NCBI GenBank assembly: GCA_965223905.1
Contig: CBDCXV010000010.1
Coordinates: 928,001-992,000 of the forward strand
From: Candidatus Latescibacterota bacterium
GTDB taxonomy: Bacteria; Latescibacterota; UBA2968; UBA8231
Direction: 5' to 3'
Length of the DNA stretch: 64,000 nt
Below the pieces are notes generated by a model that was not told the origin of the DNA, did not search any database, and saw only the letters and a list, made by a program, of their open reading frames with translations. Made by a program: the position numbers and the translations under genes. Position 1 is the stretch's first letter, and every line of letters begins with the position of its first letter. This document shows, one piece after another, positions 49,656 to 59,609 of this stretch.

Positions 49656-50146
49656 GATACTACGTCACCCCTGCGCATAGGGTTCGTCGGCTGCGGTCGT
49701 CACGGAGCCGAGCGCATCTATCCGTCGCTGAGCTCTGCCGGCCTGCAACTCATAGCTACCTGTGACCTCGACCGCGAGCGGGCAAGACTCTATGCCCGGA
49801 GATTCGCGCCCGAAGGCCGAGAGATCCCAACTGACTATTCCGACCATCGTGAGATGTGCGAAAGCGAGGAGCTCGACGCCGTGCTCGTCGTCACGGGCCC
49901 GCAGGGACATTACGAGATCACGAGAGAGGTCGTTGGGGCCGGCCTGCCTGTGTGAGAGGAAAAACCACCGGCTCCCACAGCAGCACAGGCGCTGGAGGTG
50001 GCCGCCGCAGCGGAGAAGGCCGGCGTTCACGTGCAGGTGGGTTTCAACTATCGGTATACGGCGGGTGTGCGCCGAGCGCGGGCACTCATAGACTCCGGCG
50101 AATTCTCGACACCGCGAGCCGTGGCGGTGCGCTGGTGGCTAGGCTA

Positions 50147-51310
50147 GTGTGGTGTCCGAGAAATAGGTTTCATTAACTGATTCCCCCGTATTATCTTTCC
50201 GGTATGGCCCGACCCATCTCCAAAGTGGACCTTACCGAACCGGAAAGACAAGAGCTGGAAGGCCGCGTCAAAGCGTCGACCGCGTCGCCGCGCGATAGCC
50301 TGCGCGCGGCGATTATCTTGCGTCGCGCCGAAGGGATCAAACAGGCGCAGGTGGCCCGGGAGCTTGGGGTCAGCGTGGCGTGTGTGAACAAGTGGTCGCA
50401 ACGCTTCGAACGCGACGGTTTGGACGGGTTGCAGGATGCGAAGGGCCGCGGGCGACCGCCCTCTCTTCCCTCCGATAAGGTCGAGCAGGTCATCACCGGT
50501 GCGACGCAGCCGCCGAAACCGCGTACGCGGTGGACGGTTCGCACCATGGCTCAAGCCGTGGGGATGTCGCCGGACAGCGTGCACCGCATCTGGCAGGCCA
50601 ACGACATCAAGCCCCATTTGACCAAGACCTTCAAGGTGTCTGATGACAAGCGCTTTGAAGAGAAGTTTTGGGATGTGATCGGACTGTATCTCGATCCCCC
50701 CGAAAAGGCCCTGGTCCTGTGTTGTGACGAGAAGTGCCCGTGTCAGGCGTTGGAGCGCAGTCAGCCGGGCTTGCCTTTGGGGGTGGGGGAGCTTCGCACC
50801 AGGACGCACGACTACAAACGCCACGGGACGATCACCCTGTTTGCCGCGTTGAACTACCTGGACGGCAAGCTCATCGCGCGCACCGAGGAGCAGCACACCC
50901 ACGTGGAGTGGCTGCGCTTCTTGAAACAGATCGACCGAGAAACCCCGAAGGAGTTGGATCTGCACCTGATCGTCGACAACTACAGCACGCACAAAGAAGA
51001 CAGGGTCAAACAGTGGCTGTCTCGGCACCGGCGCTTTCACCTCCATTTCACTCCGACCAGTTCGTCCTGGTTAAACCTGATCGAACGCTTCTTCGGCGAA
51101 CTGACGCAGGACGTGATCCGCGATGGCAGCTTCTCCAGCGTCAAAGCGCTGGTGAAAGACATCGAAAGCTATCTGGCCGAGAGGAACCGGAACCCCAAGC
51201 CCTACAAGTGGAAGGCGCGAGGCGAGGACATCCTGCGCAAGATCCAACGCGCCCGGCAGGCGCTGGAAGCCCAAGAATAGTTAATTCCATCCATTTAACG
51301 GACACTACAC
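50147..51310 (+). mobile_element. IS630-family insertion sequence
   Basis: Ends GTGTGGTGTCCG / CGGACACTACAC (imperfect inverted repeats), flanked by TA within CTAG on both sides. Confidence 0.9.
50204..51280 (+). CDS. IS630-family transposase
   Basis: GRGRP, CCDEK, YKRHGT, IVDNYSTH, FTPTSSSWLNLIERFF. Confidence 0.95.
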   Translation: MARPISKVDLTEPERQELEGRVKASTASPRDSLRAAIILRRAEGIKQAQVARELGVSVACVNKWSQRFERDGLDGLQDAKGRGRPPSLPSDKVEQVITGATQPPKPRTRWTVRTMAQAVGMSPDSVHRIWQANDIKPHLTKTFKVSDDKRFEEKFWDVIGLYLDPPEKALVLCCDEKCPCQALERSQPGLPLGVGELRTRTHDYKRHGTITLFAALNYLDGKLIARTEEQHTHVEWLRFLKQIDRETPKELDLHLIVDNYSTHKEDRVKQWLSRHRRFHLHFTPTSSSWLNLIERFFGELTQDVIRDGSFSSVKALVKDIESYLAERNRNPKPYKWKARGEDILRKIQRARQALEAQE

Positions 51311-51988
51311 TAGGGGACCGGGACGGAAGTCATTACGTCGAACACTATCTCTGCCACGCGATCGACCTGCTCGCCTACCTCGCAGGCGGCCTGGACGGGA
51401 TGCATGTCCACAAGGCGGAGGGGGAAGACTGCTTCTACTATCTCACGACCTTTGACGGTCGAGGATGTACCGCGACTCTCGAGGCGAGCAACAATATGTA
51501 CATCGGCGCGACCTGGTGTCGGATAGACTGGCTCGGCAAGTCCGGGTTGCTCACCTGCGAAGGATTCGAGGAGCTGAGCCTGACGTCCGGGAAGGAGGAC
51601 GCAAAGAAAGCGGAGGGGCTTGGCGATGGCGGAGCTATAACTCGATGGGTGCCTCCAGGCAGCCTACCGCGGCCCGAGAGCTCCCTGCACGAGCGCTGGG
51701 GATACGTTCCCGAATTGAGGCTGTTCGCCGCCACCGTTCGCGGCGAGGCTGAGCCAGAGTCCACGATCGCCAAGGCAGCCGACGCAATGCGGATCGGCGA
51801 GGAGATTGTTTCAGTGAAAGCGTCATAAAAGGCAGCGCTGTTCGCGTACCGCGACTAGCTTCTGACCATGATTCCGGCGTCGCAGCGGTAAACGGGGTCA
51901 CGTGTCGCGCGACTACCTGACTTGCGGTTTCAGATACACTACCCAAACCGAGCCCCAGTAAACGGTAGCGGACTCAAGGGGAATCAAC

Positions 51989-53233
51989 ATGCGAGCACAG
52001 ATCACCCGGCACGCCCTCGATCGAGTTCCCCTATCCATCATCATCGACGACTCCACGGTACTGGTCAACGTCAACTACTTCTTCATGCGCGACCGGAATC
52101 GGGTCGATGATGGGGGACGCCGCTGGGAACACGTACCTGTGGTACACCCCGAGCATTTTACCCGAGAGTTCGCCGAGTACTGCCTGGATCACGGCGTGCG
52201 CGGGAAATTCAGCGTCGTGCCCTGTCCGGCAGGGCTGGGGCGCATAGACGAGGGCTTGCCGCTGTTCAGCACGGCGCAACAGGACAGCTGGCTGCAGATG
52301 TGCCGGGAACTGATCGCTCCGGCTTTCGATATCACGCCCGAGATGATCACTCACACAGTGGTCGTCGATCCGGTGACGATGGAGCCCGTGAAACCGCAGA
52401 TCTGGGAGCAGTATGATTGGGCCACGCTGCCCAAGGAGGAGGAGGAGGAGGAGATCGTCGAGTATGTGGCCACCGCATGCCGGATCCTGCAGAGCGTGGG
52501 CCTCTCACCACAGGGGGTCACTTCACCTGGCGAGTTCGGCAGCAAAACCCTGGAATTCTACGCCCGAGCGGTCGGCAAAGCGGTGCGTCAGGTCAGCCGT
52601 AACCCGGTACCGTTCTTCTTTCTGCGCACGAGTCGCGAAGGCGGGGTAGAGACCCCGGTATGGTATGCCGACCGCGAGGCCGGGACGGCGGTCGGGGAGA
52701 TCATAGCCTCGACGGGTGATTGCACCGGGTCCTGGACGGGCTACGGTGAAGTGGATGCGGATAGCTACATCACGGCCGATCTGCAGGGCGGACGGCTGCC
52801 CGCACTGATCGACGCTGGAGAGCCGGCGGTGATGATCAGCCACTGGCAAGGATTCTACGGGCTCCACGACGGTGACCGTCGCGGGTTCAAGGCCTTCAAG
52901 AAAGTGGTGGAGCGCTTGCGGGATCGAGACCCTCGCGGCGAGCGGACCCGGTGGCGGAGGTGCAGCGAGATTACCACCTACGCATGCGCCCGCACCATGG
53001 CGCAGCTGCACGTGGACGACGACTCGGTAACGCTGGACCTGCCCGTGCTGACCCGAGAGTTGACGCTCGAGCTGGCGGCCGTTGAGGTGCGCGGGATCTT
53101 GGTCGACGGTGAGGCTCTGAACCGGGCGTGCAGCCGTGCAACCTTCGAGAGCGGTACCTTTCTGAAGGAGGCGGATTCTACCTTGATCGCCTTCGATCCC
53201 CAGAGGCGCCGAACCGTCATACAGGTGGAATGA
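51989..53233 (+). CDS. Hypothetical protein, possible polysaccharide-deacetylase-like fold
   Basis: IIIDD, GKFSVVP, PEMITH, GVTSPG, SHWQ. Confidence 0.55.
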   Translation: MRAQITRHALDRVPLSIIIDDSTVLVNVNYFFMRDRNRVDDGGRRWEHVPVVHPEHFTREFAEYCLDHGVRGKFSVVPCPAGLGRIDEGLPLFSTAQQDSWLQMCRELIAPAFDITPEMITHTVVVDPVTMEPVKPQIWEQYDWATLPKEEEEEEIVEYVATACRILQSVGLSPQGVTSPGEFGSKTLEFYARAVGKAVRQVSRNPVPFFFLRTSREGGVETPVWYADREAGTAVGEIIASTGDCTGSWTGYGEVDADSYITADLQGGRLPALIDAGEPAVMISHWQGFYGLHDGDRRGFKAFKKVVERLRDRDPRGERTRWRRCSEITTYACARTMAQLHVDDDSVTLDLPVLTRELTLELAAVEVRGILVDGEALNRACSRATFESGTFLKEADSTLIAFDPQRRRTVIQVE

Positions 53234-54392
53234 GCTGGTCCTCTCCCTGGGTCAGCCACTCGAGGTTGAAGCGGGCCAAGGCGAGCTGATCGTACGGAAG
53301 ACCCTTCTCGCCGCGCTCGTACAGACAGTTGATGGTGCCGTCGGGAGCGACCGCCAGATCTGAATAGGCGGATGGCCCGTCGTGAATGAGCCGCGACACC
53401 GGCCAGGTGTGACATTCGTCGTACGTGAGCCGGACCGTGAGCCTCCTGCGCCCTCCGTGACCGCCCTCCGGTCCCTCCGTACAGGCGGGATTGGCGAACA
53501 GAATGCGATTCCGGTCCTGCACTCCCTCGCGAGTACAGCGCACCAGGCTGCCCTGGCAGGGCGGCTCGACCATGACCTCCTCCCGGCCGACTTCCCCAAA
53601 CGACTCGCCGCCGTCGTAGCTCCAGGCCCGGGCGCGGCGATAGGGAGCCAGGGAAGGCTCTCTCTTGTTGCGGCAGTTGATATAGACCCCACCGCCTGCT
53701 GTTTCCACGACGGCGCTCTCGTTGGTGCCCTCGTCGACGATGCCACCTATACGCCAGCTAGCTCCGCCGTCGTCACTGAGCATCACGTGCCCGTGGAAAA
53801 TGGCCGACGCCTCGTCGAAAGCGGGTGGAGTCTCGTCAGGACCCGGCCGAGCGCCATTCAGTCGCATGTGGTCGCAGGGGATGACGAGCCGGCCACTGCG
53901 CAGCTGTATCCCGTGGCCGGGTCCTGACGCGAACCAGGTCCAGGATGGGTCTTTCGCGGCGGCCGTGATCTCGACGGGCTCGGCCCAGGTCTGTCCCTCG
54001 TCCCGGCTGCTGGTGATCCAGACCGTGCGCTCCGCCTTGCCCTGAAAGATCGCATCAGTGCCTTCGTCGTCTCGCTCGTTCTTGCAGAAGGGCAGCCAGA
54101 TTGTTCCGCCGGACTGATCCACTACCGGACACGGATTTCCGCACGTCATGTCTCCATCTTCGACGGCGATACGCTCTTCCTCCCAGCTCTGTCCGTGGTC
54201 GTGACTGCGTTTCAACAACAGATCGATCTTGCCCGCATCGTGGGAGTGAAATTTCCGACCCTCGCAGAAGGCCAGAATCGTCCCTTTTGTCGTCACCACC
54301 ATGGCGGGAATTCGGTAGGTGTGGTACTCACCTTCTCCGGCCACCCATAAACCGGTCTGCTCGAAATACTCTCCTCCTTCGCCCATCGTCAT
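53217..54392 (-). CDS. Exo-alpha-sialidase (GH33)
   Basis: YRIP, EGR, Asp-boxes SHDHGQSW, SRDEGQTW, SDDGGASW; SAYS, LYE. Confidence 0.9.
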   Translation of the reverse strand: MTMGEGGEYFEQTGLWVAGEGEYHTYRIPAMVVTTKGTILAFCEGRKFHSHDAGKIDLLLKRSHDHGQSWEEERIAVEDGDMTCGNPCPVVDQSGGTIWLPFCKNERDDEGTDAIFQGKAERTVWITSSRDEGQTWAEPVEITAAAKDPSWTWFASGPGHGIQLRSGRLVIPCDHMRLNGARPGPDETPPAFDEASAIFHGHVMLSDDGGASWRIGGIVDEGTNESAVVETAGGGVYINCRNKREPSLAPYRRARAWSYDGGESFGEVGREEVMVEPPCQGSLVRCTREGVQDRNRILFANPACTEGPEGGHGGRRRLTVRLTYDECHTWPVSRLIHDGPSAYSDLAVAPDGTINCLYERGEKGLPYDQLALARFNLEWLTQGEDQLIPPV

Positions 54393-54411
54393 CCGTTCCT
54401 TTCCGGGAAGC

Positions 54412-55548
54412 TCACCCCAGGCGGTCTTCCCCTTCGCTGACCCACTCGATGTCGAACCGGGCCAGCGTCAGGTTCTTATAGGGAAGCCCGCTCTCACTGC
54501 GCTCGTACAGCAGGCAGATTGTCCTGTCGGAAGCGACCGCCATGTCCGAATAGGCGGAGGGTCCGGCGTGAACGAGCCTGGCTACCGGCTAAGTGCGACA
54601 CTCGTCGTAGCTCACCCGAACCGTCATCTTCCTGCGCCCTGAATGGCCTCCTTCGGGAGCCCTCCGTGGAGGCCGGATTGGCGAACAGGACCCGGTTCCT
54701 GTCGTCCCTTGCGGCTTTCGTGAAGCGGACGAAGCTCCCCTCGCAGCTCGGCTCGATGAGCGCATCCTCCCGGCCGAACTCGGAGAACGTCTCGCCCCCG
54801 TCGTGGCTCCAGGCCCGTGCCCGCCTGTACGGCATGAGGGATTCATCTCTCTGGTTGCGGCAGTTGATGTAGACCGCAGCCTCTGCCGTCTCTACGACCG
54901 CGCTTTCGCTGGTCCCCGCGTCCAGGATTCCGCCAATCCGCCAGCTTGAACCGTGGTCGTCGCTGAGCATCAGATGCGAATGACTCGGATCACTCCAGTC
55001 GAAATCCACCCCCACCATGTCATGTGATGGCAGGGTATGATGAGCCGGCCGCTGCTCAGCTGAATCCCGTGACCTGGCCCAGTGGCGACACTCGTCCACG
55101 ACAGATCCCTGACATCGCTCGTGATTTCGGTGGGCTCCGCCCAGGTTACACCGTCGTCTCTGCTGCAAGTGATCCAGTGAGTCCGCGACGACTTGCCCCA
55201 TACGATGAGGTCTCCTCCTGTTTCGTCGTCGCGCGGGCTCTTGCAAAAGGGCAGCCAGATCGTCCCGTCAGTCCTGTCTACGACAGGACAAGGGTTCCCA
55301 CACGTCATGTCCCCGTCATCCACGACCACGTCTGTGTCCGTCCAGGTCTGCCCGCAGTCCGAGCTTCGTTTGAGGAGCAGGTCGATCTTGCCCCCGTCGT
55401 GAGAGTGAAATTTTCGGCCCTCGCAGAAGGCCAGAATCGAGCCTGTGGTGGTAACGACCATGGCCGGAATTCGGTAGGTGTGATACTCCCCCTCTCCGGC
55501 GCTCCAGAGCTTTCGCTCCTCGAAATTCGCGCCCTCACGCTCCGGCAT
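54412..55548 (-). pseudogene. Second GH33 sialidase paralogue with multiple frameshifts
   Basis: YRIP and Asp-boxes closely match 53217..54392 but are spread over several frames. Confidence 0.85.
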
Positions 55549-55739
55549 TGCCGCGACTCCTCCCTCGCAAGTGTGCTTCCAATGGCGGCACCGGCTCGAC
55601 GATCCCTGGCCCGTCCGGAGAAAGACCGATCCGTAATGCCCATCTCCACGGTGACGTCCGTACATGAGAACCGGGCAGGCGCCGTGGAAGCGGTGCCTGC
55701 CCGGTGGAAATGGATGAAAGTTGGGTTAGGAACGAATCC

Positions 55740-56645
55740 CTACTCGATGAATTGCCCTTTTATCCGACCCCAACTCTCAGCTTCAACAGATGTCTGAGCG
55801 CCCCAACCGATGGTATCATCGTCTGGCGCCAGAAATAGATCCTGGACCGTAGAGTCTGTTGGAGAAAGCGACCACATTCCGATCCGGGCGTTTGGCTCGT
55901 CCGCCGGGTTGTCCGCCTCGTTGATAAAGATGCCGATGTGCACCGTTCCGCCCACTTCCAGGTCGCCGATGATCACCTCGTCTTCCGTCGCGTTATCGTC
56001 AATCGGCATTGAGTCGATGGGGTGTAACCGGATTTCGTAGTGGTAGGTGCTCTCGCCGAACTCCTCGCCCTCGAAGCTCCACCCGATTTGCACCCACTTG
56101 CTGCCGTTCTTCATCCACGGAAGGTTGACGACCGGGCGGAAAAACTCGAAGGCACCTTGGAGGGGGGGGAGGGCGTACTTGTAGGCGAAGCCCCTCGCTA
56201 TCCCGTCCACAGAGCCGGCGTCTTCCGAGGATATGTGGGCGAACATCAAATAGAATTCCGGACCATCGTCGAAGAAGAAGAGGCCGGGTTCCTCACGGGC
56301 GGTCACGTGAATATCGTCGAAGACGCTCGTCAGGTAGTAGATATTATTAGACGTGTCGTTCCAGCCGAACTTGTGCCATATCTGCAGCGACGCCGGATCC
56401 GGCAGGTTGTTGTCCCCCACAGTCCCCCTATCCTGCGGGATTCCGTTCGAAGGAACGTGGTGCTCCGGTCCCGCCCCGTACACGTCCCTGTCCACGGCTT
56501 CCCAGTCATTAATCAACCCGTCGATCACCGGGCGGTGCGTATCCGGGAACTTGACGGCATTGAGGGGCGGGCTGCCGTCATGGGCGAGGGCACTGCTGGT
56601 GAGAGCGAACGCTATCGCACTCACGATCGCCAGGTATTTCTTCAT
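55740..56645 (-). CDS. Secreted protein, CBM9/DOMON-like, with C-terminal 'TSVEAESWGRIK' motif
   Basis: Signal peptide MKKYLAIVSAIAFALTSSALA; PVIDGLINDW, VFDD, YEI. Confidence 0.7.
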   Translation of the reverse strand: MKKYLAIVSAIAFALTSSALAHDGSPPLNAVKFPDTHRPVIDGLINDWEAVDRDVYGAGPEHHVPSNGIPQDRGTVGDNNLPDPASLQIWHKFGWNDTSNNIYYLTSVFDDIHVTAREEPGLFFFDDGPEFYLMFAHISSEDAGSVDGIARGFAYKYALPPLQGAFEFFRPVVNLPWMKNGSKWVQIGWSFEGEEFGESTYHYEIRLHPIDSMPIDDNATEDEVIIGDLEVGGTVHIGIFINEADNPADEPNARIGMWSLSPTDSTVQDLFLAPDDDTIGWGAQTSVEAESWGRIKGQFIE

Positions 56646-56834
56646 CACACAAACACCTCCTGCTCGGTGGTCTCTGCCACTCATGGGGTGATCACTGCGA
56701 TTTCGCAATTGCGACCGCAGTGTGATTTGACTCCTGCCCTCGTAAAAACAACAAGTTATGTCACTCAGAGGGCTGGATCCTTGGCTCTATTAACTGCTTA
56801 CGGTACGAAATCCGTCACCGAATGTCAAACGAAT

Positions 56835-59573
56835 TCAGAAGTACGCTCCTGGAGCCGACACCGGCTTCCCGAGTCCGGCGTAGACCGTTATGAAGGACTG
56901 CGTCGTCGTCGTCGCCTCCAGCCCTTCGAAATCCTTGCGCTCGATCACCGCGCCGGCGAGGGCCTGAATTCGATATCCCAGATACTCCGACGAGGTACTG
57001 AACTGGAGTCCGTAGCTGATCGAGTCGAAGTCCTCGGCATCCCGGTCCACATCGTTGAAGTAGACGTACTCCACCCCGGCCTGGAGCCGGCTCCGCCGCA
57101 GGACCGGCACGGTCACCAATCCCGAAACCAGCTCCATCAGACTGGTGTGCTCCTGGGCGGCGAACAATCCCCGCGTCTGCTTGCGGAACTCGCTCTTCCA
57201 GCGCGGCTCGAGAGTCAGCCGCGCGAGTCTGTACTGGTAGCTCGCCTTGTTGATGGCGCCGAAGAAGGAATCCGTCTCATCCAGATTGAATCGCTGCCTC
57301 CGAGATGTGCTCATGAGCTGCCGAAAGGACACCCAGTTGAGCTGGTTCGACACATTCAGGGAGCCGGTCTCGAAGCGGTGCCCCACGAACAGCTGATTGA
57401 CCCACGTATCCCGTGCCAGCAACGGATCGTCCACCGCGGTCAGCGCGCCGCCCCGTATCGTCGTATCAGGCACCCACTGCAGGAGCGGGTTGGCGATATC
57501 GTCCTCGACGAGTTTCGACATTTCGAACACGCGCAGCCGGCCGTAACGGGCTGACTCGCCGTCGTAGTTCACGACGGCGTAGGTGCTGTGGTTGTGCCTG
57601 TCGGTGGATATCGACTCTTCCCTCAAGGCCCCCACCGACAACCTGAGCCCCGATGCGGCATCGAGCCCGATGTACATGTTGGCGCCACGGTGATCAATGG
57701 GGTACGGGTAGTCGGGCTGGTCGTCATTTTCGTAGAGATCTACCCAGAAGTTGTTGTTCATGTCGACGCCGAAGAGGAACTCGGGCCGGTCCACCGAGAA
57801 CCTGAGAAAGGGTTCCTCGAAATCCGGGATCGAGTTCATCTTGACGCGGTTGTCGTTCTGGTTGAAATCCGGCACGAAGTCGAGGTTCCGGTCCCACCCG
57901 GGGAAGACCTGGCGGTCCCGCGTGAACCAGTCAGCGCGGAAACTGTCCGGAATGCGGTCTTGGTCGTCGTTGTCCTCCACGAAATCGACGCGGTACCGAT
58001 CTCGCTCGTAGTCTACGATCCCCGACTCGTCCGCGGTGACGAAGGTCTGGGTATTGTAGGCGGGGTCCATGCTGTACGCCTCGCTGAACAAAAACCAGGG
58101 ATCGGCGCGCTTCGACAGGTTGACCATCCAGGCCGGCGCTCGTCTGTCCCCGCGGATGCCGGAGGCTGCGTCGTGGGTCTCCCTGACACGGTTCGGGTAC
58201 TTCCGATAGCTCCAGCTCAGATCGTACTCCGCGTACAGGTGCGCTCCCAGCACGTCGCTCACCCGCACACTGCCTCCGAGTACGTGAGTGCCCGTGGGGA
58301 GTCCGTACTCGAAGCTGACCGTTCTGAGATTGGAAATATCCTGGACGTTTCCCTCCGCGCTCGTCACCTTGAGGAACACCGGAGCGCTAGACAGGTCCGT
58401 CTGTCGGTCCGAGGAAATCCAGATCTCGTAGTCGTTGGCCAGGACGAGGCGAAATTCCACCTCGACGATCTCGGCCTTGTCGTTCTGGGCGCGGTTCACG
58501 AAGGCCGGGTCCTCGAAGTCGTAAGTCAGCCGGATCTCTTCTGTACCGTCGGCGACGATGAAGCCCTGCCTCCGTCGTCCTCCCTGGATCAGGGGTGCGA
58601 AGCGCAGCTCGTCGCCGGTGTCCACCGTGCCGTCCCGGTAGGTGACGATCACATCGGAGCCGGCCGGGAAGTACACGGCTCCACCAATGCCGTCCTCCGG
58701 CGAGTCGTCGCGCAGGATGACCTCGATGGTGGATACCGTCCGGTTCTGGCCCTCTGTGAGTGAGCCGGTCAGGAGATCCCCTAAAGGCTTGTCGACATTC
58801 GAGTTGGACTGATGGCCGTGAACGGTGTGGACTCCCAGTTCCACGAAGTCGCCGACCTGCGCCGTCAGCCGGCCACCGAGCAAAGTCGTGCTGTTCGTCA
58901 GTCGCCGCTCCCCCCCTTCCGTTTCTCGCGTTTGGTTGAACTCCGATTCGGTTCCTCTCGACGCGGTGAGTTGGGAGTAGATCAGGGTCGCCCGGTACTT
59001 GTCTGTGGCCAGATCGAGCTGCACGCCGTTGAGGCGCGGTTTGGACAGTACCATCGGAGTGAGCGTGGTGCGCAGATCGCTGCTCGCCGTCAGGGCGTAG
59101 CGGTATTGACCTTTCCCTTCCGAGGCCACGACCACGTTGTTGAACCATCCCTGGAACCTCACATCCCGGAAAATGGACGTGCCGGAGCCCTGGTTGTTCG
59201 CCTGTGACACGTTGTATACGAGCCATCCTCGATCCAGGAGGCGGCCGTACAGGTCGTAGAAGTAGTGTCCCTCGATGTCGGTGGGTACGTAACGCTCGTA
59301 GTTTCTTCTGGCGTAATTGGTGGACGCCCACTGCTGCCATCGGTGCTCCTCGAACAGCTCTTGCGGCACGTACCAGTTGCGCACCGCGGGATCGAGGGCG
59401 CCCATGCTCACGTAAGGCCCCTGGGCGAGAAAGTGTGTCATTCCCGCCTGCTGGAGGCCCAGTCTCCGGCCGTAATCCGGCTGACCGGCAGCCTCCGTCG
59501 TCATCCCGCCTACGCAGGCGGTGAGGAAGAGGAGACCGGAAACGGACCTGATTCTCGATTTCATCACAGACAC
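56835..59573 (-). CDS. Large secreted / outer-membrane-like hypothetical protein
   Basis: Signal peptide, amphipathic beta-strands, Asp-rich DNDDQD and DMNNN loops. Confidence 0.65.
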   Translation of the reverse strand: MSVMKSRIRSVSGLLFLTACVGGMTTEAAGQPDYGRRLGLQQAGMTHFLAQGPYVSMGALDPAVRNWYVPQELFEEHRWQQWASTNYARRNYERYVPTDIEGHYFYDLYGRLLDRGWLVYNVSQANNQGSGTSIFRDVRFQGWFNNVVVASEGKGQYRYALTASSDLRTTLTPMVLSKPRLNGVQLDLATDKYRATLIYSQLTASRGTESEFNQTRETEGGERRLTNSTTLLGGRLTAQVGDFVELGVHTVHGHQSNSNVDKPLGDLLTGSLTEGQNRTVSTIEVILRDDSPEDGIGGAVYFPAGSDVIVTYRDGTVDTGDELRFAPLIQGGRRRQGFIVADGTEEIRLTYDFEDPAFVNRAQNDKAEIVEVEFRLVLANDYEIWISSDRQTDLSSAPVFLKVTSAEGNVQDISNLRTVSFEYGLPTGTHVLGGSVRVSDVLGAHLYAEYDLSWSYRKYPNRVRETHDAASGIRGDRRAPAWMVNLSKRADPWFLFSEAYSMDPAYNTQTFVTADESGIVDYERDRYRVDFVEDNDDQDRIPDSFRADWFTRDRQVFPGWDRNLDFVPDFNQNDNRVKMNSIPDFEEPFLRFSVDRPEFLFGVDMNNNFWVDLYENDDQPDYPYPIDHRGANMYIGLDAASGLRLSVGALREESISTDRHNHSTYAVVNYDGESARYGRLRVFEMSKLVEDDIANPLLQWVPDTTIRGGALTAVDDPLLARDTWVNQLFVGHRFETGSLNVSNQLNWVSFRQLMSTSRRQRFNLDETDSFFGAINKASYQYRLARLTLEPRWKSEFRKQTRGLFAAQEHTSLMELVSGLVTVPVLRRSRLQAGVEYVYFNDVDRDAEDFDSISYGLQFSTSSEYLGYRIQALAGAVIERKDFEGLEATTTTQSFITVYAGLGKPVSAPGAYF

Positions 59574-59609
59574 CTTCGGGCGTCCTTCAGCGACATCCTG
59601 AAAAGGGCC

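Larger units (their letters stand above)
49652..51828 (+). pseudogene. Second Gfo/Idh/MocA oxidoreductase: no start codon, internal TGA at 49953, interrupted by IS630
   Basis: LRIGFVGCG...PV*EEKP...VGFNYRY...WWLG / GDRD...CHAIDL. Confidence 0.8.

Noticed and set aside
52435-52453. GAG trinucleotide run
   Set aside because: Short in-frame poly-Glu tract; no evidence of phase variation.
56693-56722. Palindrome CACTGCG..TCGCAATTGCGA..CGCAGTG
   Set aside because: Single intergenic hairpin without a U tail or second copy; function unsupported.
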